From assembly GCA_051294905.1 (NCBI GenBank), contig CM119386.1:6758001-6822000 (forward strand): 64,000 nt of DNA, written 5' to 3'. This DNA is from Botryllus schlosseri (taxonomy: Eukaryota). Under the pieces are notes generated by a model. That model did not search any database and was not told the origin of the DNA. It saw nothing but the letters and a program-made list of their open reading frames with translations. A program made the position numbers and the translations under genes. Below, piece after piece: positions 1 through 12,072 of the stretch; position 1 is the first letter of the stretch; the number at the start of each line of letters is the position of its first letter.

Positions 1-607
1 TGATCACTGAAAGACCGGTGGTGGCTGCAAAGCGTTGACATTCGCAACATATACAATATACATATACAGTTGTCTGATTCACTCACACCAGTCCCTTGGC
101 AGCTGATCTCAAAGACTACACGAACTGAACCTCAATTGCCGCTTATTTATCACAAGTCCCAGCATATAAGTTTTCGAACTGGGTTAGTGAAAAGATCAAC
201 CCACTGTGAACAAGATATCGATGACGATATTATAACGCTGATTAAACGGTCATTACTGCATACCGTGCTCTAAATATATGACGTCAGAAGCTGCGATGTT
301 TTCGTCACCTTGATCTTGCTCCACAGCTGTTCTCTTTTCCCTGGTTGTATGGTAAGTATAGCTTAACAATAGCATGAACTTAGTCCTTTGAAATAGAAAG
401 TTGAATAACTTCCCTTGCGACTGACGAGGATGACTGTATCAGATCGCAATTCGGCGCGTATCCACAATATATGGGATTGTATGCCGTGATGACACAAAGT
501 GATGCTGTATTCATATATAGTGTCGCGTGATGTGAAGTCTACCCTTATTTAGCATATTTGCAAAGCGCTATAGATCTTCGATCGCTGTTTGGGGGTAGAC
601 TATATGG

Positions 608-1015
608 TAGGGTTACCATACGTCCTCTTCTAAGAGGATTTGTCCTCTTTTTTGACTTTTTTGAAAGTGTCCTCAGAGGACGCCCAAATGTCCTCTTCTT
701 TGAGAGTTTGTCCTCCTTTTTGAAAATTTCGGTTAAATGTATGAGAAATTAAACTGAGATATAGCAAAGCAGTACTCAAGTAATGGTTCGACGGGTCTTT
801 CGGTAGTTGAGCGAGAACGATAACTTTTTTTAGTCAACACCACAAAATTAAGGGTAAGAGTGGATAATTAGGTAGTCCAATCAAATTGATGACCTTTAAT
901 CAACACAGTAGAATTAGTAAAAAAAATTCAGATTCACCAGTTATCCCAGACGGAACTACAGCTTTCAGGATTGTGAAGAGTCCTCCTTTTCGGACCTCTA
1001 ATTATGGTAACCATA
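608..1015. mobile_element. hAT-type MITE, TAGGGTTACCATA family
   Basis: TIR tagggttaccata...tatggtaaccata; flanks ctatatgg/ctatatga; absent at the homologous site in unit 2. Confidence 0.8.
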
Positions 1016-1564
1016 CTATATGAAATTACTTTCAGATTCAGTCCTAACAACCCAGAGTTTGATTATCTCACGTGGTTTTGCTTCTTTCTCTGGTTCATAG
1101 AGGCCTATAGTGCATTAGCAAGCCACCATTCATCAATCAACGCATTTCCCTTGGGAATGCATGGTTTTAATCCTATGCCAAAGGTTTTATAACTAGGGGA
1201 AGGGGTGGGGAGGAGGTACTCTCGAAACCGCATATCAGGTGTGATCGAACAATACTTTCTGAATTGGAGCAAACATAAATTACATTTACAATACACATTC
1301 ATAATTTTAATATCATTTTCACGGCTGTTAAAATTATGGCATAGGCGAGGCATTGTTCTCTGAATAGTTTCTGGTGATGTAGTTGCGGTTTTAGTTATGT
1401 TATTTTAGATTTAAACCGATGAAGGAGATACTCAAAGAAGCGAACGGGAAGAGCAAGACAGAGCGTCTAAAAGTAAGGGATGGCTAACTAAAGATCAACA
1501 TCGAACAATTGAAACCGAGCACTTGGCCGAGGTGGATGCCAGATTAAGAGGCCGTAACTGGTCG

Positions 1565-1702
1565 TTCTTCTCCTGTAGCAATGCGGCTAGTGGTTGGAAT
1601 TGAACCAAATTTGGTGTGCAGGCTTAAATTAGGTAACTCAACAATTGTATCAAGTAGCCAGTACGATTTCAGAATAAGTCATTTTTGATCACCCCTATTG
1701 TA
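1565..1702. mobile_element. Terminal fragment of a DNA element (TACAATAGGG end), related to 53262-53660
   Basis: Ends in tttttgatcacccctattgta, the reverse complement of the end at 53262; shares tagtggttggaattga. Confidence 0.5.
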
Positions 1703-1759
1703 GCCTACAGTGTACACTGTGTGTTCCTTGAGCAGAAGAGAATATATAATCTGACGATT

Positions 1760-1762
<3 letters not shown>

Positions 1763-1806
<44 letters not shown>
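1763..1806. repeat. (GA)n microsatellite
   Basis: Near-perfect GA run with one interruption; absent at the unit 2 homologous site. Confidence 0.95.
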
Positions 1807-1807
<1 letters not shown>

Positions 1808-2428
1808 GGAGTCTTTATTTTCATCCAACCAAAATACATAACAACAGACGGCAATGATGGTGGTACAAAAAGTATGCATGCACAGTATTAGGTATTAGAT
1901 AGGAATGATCGATACGACCTCGAGGCTTAACTAGTCTGATCCCACCCGCATCGAACAAGTGCACTTTTGATCCATACAGTCTGGCTGTAAAAAATGTTAG
2001 TTAAAAAAAAAGAAAAGGAAAAGAAAAAGTAAACGATGGTAGCAAATGATCAACGATTACGTTACGTCAATTTTCCATGCCAGGTCCGAATCTGAGAATC
2101 ATTGCTATTAGAAATTTTTTCGATTAAAAAATGCCCAATAGCGCAACGATTGATTCGTGTCTATGCAGAGGTGGTCAAAGTAGTCAAGAATGCTACTCAA
2201 GTAGAAGTAGAAGTAGCGACGAAAAAATCTACTCAAGTACGAGTAGAAGTACTTCTTACATAAGCAACCTAAAACTACTTGAAGTAGAAGTGGAATTGGC
2301 TGACTTCAAATCTACTCAAGTAAGTAAGTAGTTGTTGTAGTAAAAACGATCATAATTCGTTCGCATGGACTGTCAAAAGCTGCAAATGGAGCTATGCGGA
2401 AGGCGTAGAGAGCTGGATTCATATTGAT

Positions 2429-4104
2429 CAGGGGCGGGCAACTTCTCCAGTCGGCGGGCCGGATATAGGAAAATTAAATACTTGACGGGCCGGATTGCTG
2501 AATCGACACATTATTCGCCCATTCATCCACATATACAAGGAATAAATCGTATTTAATGAATGTATTTTAACGACAGCAATGTAACTTCAAAGCCATTTCT
2601 CGCCAATAATGACGAAGACAATGTGGATTTGAGTACAGCATTGTCATACAGGCACCACTATGTTTGCTTCTCTCTGATCGATCAACACGGTGCAATCCCT
2701 AATTAAGATTTCAAGGTGTTCGATAAGCCCGGTACTACGAATTCACCAATATATCTCTTCATTAGGGTTTAGTACAGATATGGCCAACCTTTTTGCCATT
2801 CACGGACGCATTTCGACTATTCATGTAGCCTACGGCCGCATTCCAGGGCATAGTCGTAATGAACTATCTGGACGCCAAATACACATGTTATAGTGTCCAT
2901 GTCCTTTTCCGGTGAACTCCGGACTTATCCATTTAATCACATAGGCTTATACTATACGCACCGACTTCGCGAGTGGTCACTGGTGATTGGTCATGGTTAT
3001 GTTATGGGCCGTACATAATCGCGCGAAGCGCGAAAATATTTTCCGATTCACCTATGAATTTCGTCACAGATAATAGTATTTGTCATATTATTTCTCATCC
3101 GATGCCATCAGATTAAACTGTAGATTTGATGGAGGGTGTGTTTTTCGAAAATTTAGGACAAGATATCAATGATGATGCATCTTTGGGTGGGCCAAATATG
3201 ATTATTCACTTGGTTACATGCTATTATTTCTTGACCTACCATCAAGATTGTCCGTACAGTGAGGAGTACAAGACTCCAAGTTGGTACTTCTATATGAGGC
3301 GCATCATTTTCCTCTGCTGTTCACGTCTGTACTGTGGGGCTATAATTGCAAAGGGCGCCACTATATTAAAATCGATAAACGAAGGCTTATTGAATCGCGC
3401 GCAGCGCGAAGAAAATTTCAAGATTGATTGGGATCTCTTAAAAAATCGAGACTCAATTTGTAAATTCAAATTGCATGTCGACGGCCGCCCGCACATACGG
3501 TACTAATTGAATTACTTGTCCACAAATTTCCCTTCTACGGCCGCCGGTTGGCCACCCTGGTTTAGTAGGTGACGAGATATAGCGTGGTTGTTCAACTGTA
3601 TGGCCTATTTTATCTCGATATTGAATTCATGCGGCCCGCGGCCTCTACAAAATTTGAAAGTGGCCCGCGACCCGTTTCGAGTTGGCGACCCCTGGCATAA
3701 GCGATGTCTTACAAAAGCCTAGAAGGGTGCCGTGCTACAAGTCGACGGTTACGGGATCAAAAATATGAAATATCGGCCTAGTGTAAATGACCATTGTAAT
3801 TGACAAACACCATCATTACCACTAATGACATTAGGGTTGAGTACATTGTAAATGCCGATAATGCAAGTCTTCTCGCTTCGACTAAATTACGAGTAAGCAC
3901 CACCCTCGCTCACTGCGTAGTGCGCATACATGTGTATAATAATATACAGGCACTAAAATTTGACGTTTACGCAAGTAGCAAGGAGTCTCTGAATACTGGA
4001 GCCGCGGGCCACATTATCATGTAAGACAGAAAACTGTCCGCGGGCCGGACAAAATCTCTTCGCGGGCCGGATCCGGCCCGCGGGCCGTATGTTGCCCACC
4101 CCTG
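2429..4104. mobile_element. hAT-type MITE nested in 2166-5103
   Basis: TIR caggggcgggcaac...gttgcccacccctg; perfect 8-bp TSD atattgat. Confidence 0.9.
2775..3559. mobile_element. hAT-type MITE nested in 2429-4104
   Basis: Ends cagatatggccaacc...ggttggccaccctg; perfect TSD gtttagta; relatives at 15522, 29679 and 31237. Confidence 0.88.
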
Positions 4105-7100
4105 ATATTGATGCATCCCAGGAGGTGTCAATTTTTGACAGAAAAAACAATCGTCCATATCATGGGATGCAAACGATAGTATTGATATGGAAATGCTATA
4201 TTACTCGTTTGTTTACTCGAACACCCCGTTTTAGAGAATATCATGGCATGGCGCCCTCCCCCATATTATAAGGCCCCTAGTTCAGTCGAAGAGCAATACG
4301 GAGAAGTTGTGCCGGATACGGCTTTAACACCTTGCGCGATTAGTATACGCTAATTAAAAATATGGCAGATCATAAAAATATGATATAGTGTATAGCTTTA
4401 TTTTCGGAAAATATTAGCATTCTCCAGACAAAAGAACTGAAACTATAATTAGACCTCAGCGTATAATACTCTTAATTGCAAGAAAAACATAAATACTACT
4501 TCTAAAAAGCGGAAAATATCTTTCATGTCTTTTTTCCAGACAATTTCAACGGTGGTCTGCTAAAACAGGTCTAACGTTAAAAAAAGTCAAGGTCCACTTT
4601 CCAGACTAGGACACGTCATGGGCTGCTATGTATAATAGGTAATGGCTAGATTGCGAAACGGTAGTTTCAAACGTTATGAGGGCCATACCTACTGTGATGA
4701 AATATTTGATATAGGCTACAATGTGGTGTGAACGCAACCACGCAACCCGTTATCTAAATTATATTCAGCGATACTTTTGTCAAAACATATATGTCACTCC
4801 ATATCTACTGTGCGCGAAGCGCAACGAAAATTTTGAGTAATTCATGACTTTTATGAAATTTAAATGTTGGTACTACGTGAAAATAGCCCCGAAATTCCTA
4901 AGGCTATCTTTCTTATTGGGGGATTAAATTACTTGTACTTGACAAACTGAAAATAGCGAAAAGTAAGTAAGTAGTTCACAAAATATTATGAAGTAGAAGT
5001 AGAAGTAGCGAAAAAGATTTCTACTTGAGTAAGTACCAGAAGTAGAGGGAAAATACTTGAGTACTTCAAAAAAGTAGAAGTACTTCGTTACTGACCACTT
5101 CTGGGCAGAACACAAGTTCGATCTGTAGAAAGTATGCAATAATAGGGTCCAATCGCCGCCTTTCATCTGCATCGTCGTTGTAAGTAAGCTAAAACATGGG
5201 CGTTGTTGGTATTCGTAAAGACATACCCTCCTAAAATATAAGCATTACGAAAGAGAAAGGGGTATTTATATACTGATGTTGAACATCTTTGGTTCAGGGT
5301 GCACGAGGTTATTGCACGAGGTAAATTGCATTACGTCATTCGTCACGCGTCTTCGCTTGCTTTGATTTTCCCTTAGGCATGATGCGGATATCGTGAAATG
5401 ACTTACTCTGTGTCAGCTGGAAAATACGCGGCAGTATTTGTATGCCGCGCAAAAGCCATCCAGCGAAGCATTTACTACGAACCGTCGAGACTAGTTGGGT
5501 ACGTGCCAGTGTAAGGACAGGGATCGCAGTGGAAATAGATGATAATTAGATTGATTTCAGGTAATGCCTTTACACATCATGTGAACAAATGGTTTGTAAA
5601 TGCGTTTGTATGCTAGGTGTAAGCAATTCTAAGATGCCCCACTTTCAGCCTTTCAGTTGTAATTGTAAATTGCCAGCAGTAAGGGCTATGTATGACAGGG
5701 GCTATATAGAGCAGCTTTAAAATTGTCAAGTGAATTAGTCCGGTATACTAATTGTATTGATTTGGGCCCAGTGCAGTTTGTGTATGCTACGCAATAATGA
5801 CTGGTATGACTATGCTAAGCAATAATGACTGGTATGACAACTTCGCACAGTTGAATCGTACAAGTGATATGAAGGATTCATATGGCTTGTACTGCTGATA
5901 ACATGGCAACTTCAAGCCTACACGTGTCATTGCATAATTGTATACTTCCAATTTCCATACATCGCGGCTCGTTAGTTAGTGATTCCCAACGATCAAGCTC
6001 ATTTGCACTGTGTGCATTTGTGCAGTCGTGTTATGCGCAATCTTGGTGATCTTTAGCCAAGCGCGCCTATTGCATTGATCAATGTTTCATCGCATCCGGC
6101 GTACGTGCAGTAATACGCTCACAAAACTGGGAAATAAGTTGCGTGACTAAATAAACAAACTGCAGTTGATGTCCCGTTGAATGTAGTCATCGTATACGTA
6201 TTTCTAGTCGATGCTTCATACTATTGCCCTTTTGTACTTTTGTTGCCTGCTCTGAAAACCACACTTGTACGTCATTGCTGGGTTCATTGTGGTTTGAGAC
6301 GAAATCGAGTGCTTGGTTAATTCGATTCAGCTTCGAGTATTGCGTTTCGAGTCGGGTGTTCGAGCACCACGAATGATGACTTCATAGCCATAGCAATGAC
6401 CTTGAAAGTAAGCTCCAATACGTATCTTTATTGGGCCCCAAGGAAATCATGCCAGTTTCACGACATCCAAAATAGTTTCGTTTATCTGGACCATTACTAT
6501 TTCGTAGCGCTTTGTGACCAGACCATTGTAATAAGAGTAGATCAGTACTTGATAGATATGTCTCTCCATGAATATTCATGATAGCAGTGTGTAAATCAGT
6601 ATCGAAGCTGAGATACGGTCAGCCAAGGCCATGAGGATCTAACCGTGGGAATAAAGTATGGTCAGTATTGAAATTATATTTTTCGTTAAAAAAAACGCGT
6701 ATAACTTTGTTACTCGAAAAGCTCGACTTGCTACTTAACTCGAATTAGTTCAGTTGATAATATCCTCGGATTTGTCTTATCCATTCTTTATTCCCAGCTC
6801 TACCTGCATGGTAGTGATTATACGGCGTAGCTTTTATCTGCCTAGGATCCTGAAAGTTTCTTCAACAGTTATACTAATCGGAAAACCAAGATTCCTGAAA
6901 TCTTTGAACTCCTTTATGGCATTGCAGTTACGTTGCAACGTTATGAACAGAAATACATCAGAATCCCAACCCTAAATCTGAGGGGGAGCAAGGCTAAATA
7001 ATGTTAACTGTCTCGCCCCTGACCAGTGACCAGTAAAGTAATTGACACACCGAAAAACTCTCTTTAGGAGGGGGGAGAGTGTCAGAAAGGCCATACCTAT

Positions 7101-7529
7101 TACTTAGTTACTCTTAAAGTTAGCATCGTTTTAACCAATATCATATTACCTACAATATTATTATATCCGATGGAAATTACTCTATGTGCTTCGCAAATGA
7201 ATTATGACCATGCTAATCTTGTTAGCTAATCCCGTAGCACTTGCTGTCATTATATCGCCAACCATTTAGTGGGCATGATCAACATTTGCAGGGTTCACAA
7301 AACCCAGCCACGCTCTTTCAAGGGTAAGGCGTCAAGAGTGTTGTAAGTACTCCAACTACGTTCACGTTTGTATGACACTGATTGCTCTGCATGCCGACAT
7401 TGCCATGCTCCCCAATCGTGATTACAGTTACTAACCAAGGGCGGGTCTGCGTAAAAGCATTGAGCGTCTTTGCGGCGAAGTCGATAAATTGCAATATGCC
7501 GTCGCCTCGTTTGGTTGCGGACAACACAC

Positions 7530-7650
7530 CCCGTCGATTTGGCCTACATTATAGTGGTCTTTGTGAACTGTACGAAGTGTCCGAAACATTGGAACACTTC
7601 GTATTTACATGCAAGCTTCTTAGATTATCATTAATTCTTCGCCGGCGGGC
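7530..7650 (+). mobile_element. Old non-LTR retrotransposon 3' fragment (I/Nimb-like C-terminal CCHC motif)
   Basis: SGLCELYEVSETLEHFVFTC here; HDSGLCEQYRVFETRGHLIFTCTRY at about 56520-56620; FETL*HFVFSC at about 37400. Shared by all three units. Confidence 0.6.
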
Positions 7651-7975
7651 CAGGCAATTGAGCCGAAAATGAATGCACGTCGAAGGACTATGCTTTATGT
7701 ACTGTGTAAGTTACAATATAGCTCGCGGACTGTTGTAGTTAGCTGCCACACACTGATAGCTTTGTAGACAGGATACGAGCCGGCTCTCAGATGTTTCGCC
7801 TCTTCTTCAAACTACACACTAGTAGAATCTTTTTAAATAATAGGCTTGAATTAACAGTCCTAGTTCACAACAAAAATGCGTTTTTGTTAAAGGGAAACTT
7901 ATGAAAATATTTTACGAGTGACCGGACTGTAAATTATTTGTTGCACAGTATAAACTATAATAATCTAAACTAAAG

Positions 7976-8205
7976 ATGGAAGAAAGAACCACTACCACAA
8001 CTACTACTTCCACAACGACAACTTCACAAGTAGCAATTGGCGTGAACGTTGGATTCTTAACGACTCCTTTAGGGATTCTTATCATCGTGGAATTCGTTCT
8101 AACGTTGCTCGCATGGACCTTGCTGGTTAGCGTGTGGTGGTACCCTTCTTACTCAGCACTTGGCTTTGCTGCGTTCGGATTCATCTTCAGCTGGTTGATT
8201 ACATT
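7976..8205 (+). CDS. MARVEL-domain 4-TM protein, copy 1, coding exon 1 (gene join 7976-8205, 9348-9497, 11270-11402; 170 aa)
   Basis: ATG at 7976 in aaagATGG context; donor TT|gtgagt at 8206. Spliced product: MEERTTTTTTTSTTTTSQVAIGVNVGFLTTPLGILIIVEFVLTLLAWTLLVSVWWYPSYSALGFAAFGFIFSWLITLGFFVVFVFGLHASTFANLPWGTIQIFCNLIFALLCFISACCVAAWAKHGSKLQASCAFGFIATVFYAISVLLSFRKAYGRFPWQNVANQSANT*. It has four hydrophobic helices and MARVEL-like motifs (FLxTPxGILxIVE; FGLH...LPW; A(S/A)xFGFxATxxY). Exon lengths 230+150+133=513 nt stay in frame across two phase-2 introns. Confidence 0.92.
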
Positions 8206-8877
8206 GTGAGTACAGCCATTCACGATCAGGAATATTCCAAAGTTCAGGCTAGTTATATCCGTCTAATGTAGGAGTCGTCAACACCTGACACGCGTGCCTC
8301 TTGTGGTACGCGAGTTGATTTTTTTCCTGACGCGCGGAACTATTTTGAGCGTGCCGCGAGCGTACGATGGTCACAATCACCCTTTCAAATAAGCCCCACT
8401 TTTTCGAAGAAATGAAGCATACTTTAATAACTAATATCAGGACTCCCGTGACGCCCACAAGTCTTACCTTTTATCTGCTAGGCTTTGTTTGCTGTGGCTG
8501 ATATCCATTGTTTGAGAGAATTGGTTTTAAAACCACGACTGAACGTGGTCTGTGGTTACCAATAAACAGTGTGTTTATATTTCCCTGATTTCATCGATTT
8601 CTCTTCGGCTTCTTGACATTTAATCACAAGGTCGAAATCAAGGCGGTTAAGCTTACCTATGGGTTTCAGCTTTTAGATATGCGGTTGGTATGATTCCTCG
8701 CTCAATTGATTCGAAAATTGTGGCAAAATTCAAAATGTTGTTCACGATATGTTCTCAGGAGGCGCTAAATTGCCGACTTATTTCACCCTTGTCAGAGCAT
8801 GAAAACGCAACAGTAATTCGCATGATTTATTCGCCGCCATTGGCGTTGATAATACGCTGGAATTTCGCTACGTAAAC

Positions 8878-9270
8878 CAAAAGGTGGTCAAAGTAGTCAA
8901 GACTCAAGAACATTACTTAAGTAGAAGAAGTACCCACACAGAATTCTACTCAAGTACAAGCGGGAGTGGTGTTTTACGAAGCAGCCCAAAACTACTTCAA
9001 GCAGAGCTGTATGGATTTGTGTTGCTTTACATCCCATGCCGTAGATATATCTTTTCAACAGTTCAGTATTCGATCGCATCATGTCATACAAATGATACCT
9101 CTTCCACAGAACAGTAGTTCTATATACCTTTGTTTCACCTAAGAACGCCTTTCAGAAATTGGATGGCATTGCGCCCTCCTTTATTATAAGGCTCGTAACC
9201 CTTATTACTTCTATTTTATGTAACCTACTCTTGAAAATCGTTACTTGTGATTGAGTGGTGAACACTGGCG
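8878..9270. mobile_element. Old decayed AGTAGA-family hAT relic in MARVEL intron 1
   Basis: Begins ggtggtcaaagtagtcaag...actcaag; orthologous relics at 40638-41008 and 60391-60780, so it predates the duplications. Confidence 0.7.
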
Positions 9271-9347
9271 AAATTAACATATACTTGAGTATCGTCAACA
9301 ATTTTGACCGAGCCTGGTCCAATCATTGCACATTGATAATTTCACAG

Positions 9348-9497
9348 GGGATTCTTCGTAGTTTTTGTATTCGGTCTCCATGCAAGCACGTTCGCGAATC
9401 TGCCCTGGGGAACTATTCAAATATTCTGTAATCTGATATTTGCATTGCTGTGCTTTATTTCTGCGTGTTGCGTTGCCGCATGGGCGAAGCATGGCAG
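9348..9497 (+). CDS. MARVEL copy 1, coding exon 2
   Basis: Acceptor tttcacag| and donor GCAG|gtaaag; 150 nt, phase 2-2; encodes (L)GFFVVFVFGLHASTFANLPWGTIQIFCNLIFALLCFISACCVAAWAKHG(S). The ORF track misses it. Confidence 0.92.
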
Positions 9498-9834
9498 GTA
9501 AAGTAATACTCACACTGTATATCCATTTCCTATAATAGTAAACGTCCCACCCCGATATGTATGTACTAATTGTACTTGTGCTTTAGTGCTTACTTCATAC
9601 TGTGTGGTTTCGCAACGTCCCGATCACTAGCCGATATGCTATTGTCATTATAGATAACTATTCCACGGATAGACGCGAAACAGATGATAGGCCTATATGG
9701 TTTCAGTGACCTGATCACATTATAATATTAATTTTCGGGATAAGTGTGACAGCGGCTGTACGTTCATTTTGAACAGGTTTGAATAAATTTTGCGCTCGTA
9801 TCGTCAGCAATGTAGTGTACGAATATAAATGCCA

Positions 9835-10160
9835 CTGTGATTGTGGTTACGTGGAAGAACGTCGAACCGTTTGCAGAAACGCATAAACCATGCATGACCC
9901 TATATTTATCAGAAAACGTGCATCACGCTCGGTGAAAAGCTCACCCTTAACTCATCCGCTCAAGCTTGAGGCTGAACGTTCAGAGGCCATAAAATCTGCC
10001 ATTGGCAAACATGTGTTGGATAATCCCGCTTTTGCCGAAAACTATCGAGGCGACAGATTTCGCGTCATCTGGAGCCCTGGAGGGGCCCTCACACTTTCAT
10101 CTGTCAGCCCAAGTTATGTCTACAAAAGGAGTTTGTGTACCACCTTAAAATAGTACATTG
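9835..10160 (+). mobile_element. Penelope-like element fragment (GIY-YIG endonuclease C-terminus) in MARVEL-1 intron 2
   Basis: Frameshifted CDCGYV...HDP.FIRK...SAIGKHVLDNPAFAENYRGDRFRVI...PKLCLQKEFVYHLKI; absent from copies 2 and 3. Confidence 0.7.
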
Positions 10161-10636
10161 AACGCTCTCATATTTGAGATTGCATTTCATGCTGGTGACG
10201 TCATATTTTATGATACGATTGCTGATATGCAATGTTCTTCCAAATTCTCTACTAATTGCTGACGATTACCGCTGACTCAATTGGATCGTCAGCTAAAACA
10301 TTACCATATCAGGTTACAAAGCAACCAGAAATTGCAAGCCAAATCTGATTGCCCACCGTAAAGTCCCATGTTTCGCATCTATTCATAGGTTAGTTACCTA
10401 TCGTGATATTCAACTATGGTCCAGGAGGGGCCTACGATATTCAATATCAATATTGAATATCGTAGGCCCCGGTCCAGGTTTATTCCACTTAGTACAAATA
10501 GTACATACCATTGCTATTTGTGGCGGCTAACCCCATTGTACAGGATTAGCAGACCTATTCTTGATATTAGAACAATGCTATACTGTCTCATTTCAAGTAA
10601 TGCATACAAACAGTATGTATAGTTCATTCCATTATG

Positions 10637-10941
10637 TAGGGTTACCATACGTCCTCCTTTAGGAGGATTTGTCCCCCTTTTTCGGGTTTTTGAAAATGTC
10701 CTCCTTTTGAGATTTTGTCCTCTTTTTTAGGAATTTTGGTCAAATTTGTAGCAAAATTCGACTGAGATGCCGTAAATCAGCACCGTAGCACTGTGGTTTC
10801 TTTTTTTTTAGTCCGACTTTTTTTAACCGACTACGAAGTGGTAGAAAATTTTCACTTTTTCAGGATTTTTCACCGGTATTCTGTGGTTGAAAATTTTGAA
10901 AGAGTGTCCTCTTTTCCCGATTCCAAAATATGGTAACCCTA
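10637..10941. mobile_element. TAGGGTTACCATA-family MITE in MARVEL-1 intron 2
   Basis: TIR tagggttaccata...tatggtaacccta; cattatg is duplicated on both sides. Confidence 0.85.
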
Positions 10942-11269
10942 CATTATGTAAATTGAAGACTTGCCATACTGGCATAGCAACAAGACAGAGATAATTGTAC
11001 GTACATCCAACATTCCCATACCCACTTTCGGGCTAACAATGTGTTGTTTGTTTTAACCCAATTCAGGCCTTTGAAAGTCAATTGCGATCCTACTACTATC
11101 GGTTCTCTCAAATGTGCAGTGTGCGCTGGACACATCATGTGAAACCAGTAAAATATCATGCCCCATTAATAAGTGCAGTTTCTAGTTGGGTGAAGAAGCC
11201 ACTTCAACTACCTGTGGAATGTTACAATCGATGAGATATTACTTGAATTGTACACATTTTGTTTTCTAG

Positions 11270-11402
11270 TAAGTTGCAAGCAAGCTGTGCGTTCGGATTC
11301 ATCGCGACTGTCTTCTACGCGATTAGCGTTCTTTTGTCTTTCCGAAAAGCGTATGGACGATTTCCTTGGCAGAATGTTGCCAACCAGTCTGCCAACACAT
11401 GA
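11270..11402 (+). CDS. MARVEL copy 1, coding exon 3
   Basis: Acceptor ttttgttttctag|; encodes (S)KLQASCAFGFIATVFYAISVLLSFRKAYGRFPWQNVANQSANT, TGA at 11400-11402; AATAAA at 11566-11571. Confidence 0.9.
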
Positions 11403-12072
11403 ACGAAACATGGTTAATTTCGAGGTAGCGTCTAGAACTCTAGATCATGGATTTGAGGTTCATTGTTGAAAGCCTCTAACTGACTTTATCGTACCAAAAT
11501 AAGCTATCGGACAGCACGTACGCTTTTTCTACTGGATTAACGCGGCATTCTTGGTTTGCTACCTAAATAAAGCTACTGAATACTACTGACTATGCGGAAT
11601 ATCACGTTCATAATGATCTTGTTATATAAAAACTCGACTGCGATATGTACGCATTTGATTGAGCCTGTGTTCGTCAACCGATCCGACCGTATTGAGCTAT
11701 TTTAGAGAAGCAGGAAATAGGTTATATTGCCGCGGATTGTGTTAGTGGCGGTAGCAGGATGTTAACTCGAGTCGAGCGTGGTAATTAGTATTGTATGAAT
11801 GTTATTGGGAATTTCCCAGTCAACCCGAAATTTCCTGGATGGTATCTCTGATATGGTACATAAAATGTTCAGAGTTGGAGCACCGAGGAAAGGTAACGCA
11901 CATTGACTTGATTACTTGCATAGCGTAGATAAGATCACGGATCTCATATTTCAAGGGGTCCATGAAAAGGAAATAAAAATCTTAGGGTCGAGTAATGAAA
12001 TTTGGATTTGCGGCGAATCTATGGATTGATCAACCCTGCGATTAGCTAGTAGATGATATCCAGTGATTAGGA

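Larger units (their letters stand above)
2166..5103. mobile_element. Non-autonomous hAT-like element, CAGAGGTGGTCA / AGTAGA-repeat family, with nested MITEs
   Basis: TIR cagaggtggtca...tgaccacttctg with subterminal agtagaagtag arrays; the empty site is seen at about 31185 in unit 2. Confidence 0.85.
264..7300 (-). pseudogene. Decayed multi-exon gene with C-type-lectin-like, FN3-like and Ig-like pseudo-exons (unit 1)
   Basis: Minus-strand reading gives CPLNGWRYNDSKCYGI (7275-7228, CTL N-terminal motif); a 174-nt phase 1-1 exon 6977-6804 (ccctcag|...G|gtagag); an FN3-like exon from 6638 (LLLQWS...NSNGP...Y...RETG); conserved acceptors at 6127 and 1259; and an Ig-like segment at about 590-264 (IYEYSIT...ILWIR...STFYFKGLSSCYC) ending at G|gtatgc. 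Many stops and frameshifts are present. Domain calls are by eye. Confidence 0.5.

Noticed and set aside
1679-1891. ORFs with ERERER or SLSLSL runs
   Set aside because: These are translations of the (GA)n microsatellite.
2131-2331. Recurrent ORF family 'RGGQSSQESYSSRSRSSDEKIYSS...' (also 23143, 54405, 8884, 40580)
   Set aside because: These are translations of the stop-poor AGTAGA transposon terminus, not a gene family.
5376-5381. TGA shared by units 1 and 2 next to TGC, suggesting selenocysteine
   Set aside because: It depends on the rejected plus-strand model; no SECIS is evident, and many other stops surround it.
5230-7000. Alternative plus-strand gene model (exons reading YEHYERER..., MTYSVSAGKY..., SIAFRVG...TLK, DPESFFNSY...AK*) with apparently compatible phases
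   Set aside because: In the best exon, differences between copies fall about evenly on the three codon positions. I recognise no domain, and several candidate splice sites are broken. The minus-strand model gives recognisable motifs and phase 1-1 exons. Not fully excluded without a homology search.
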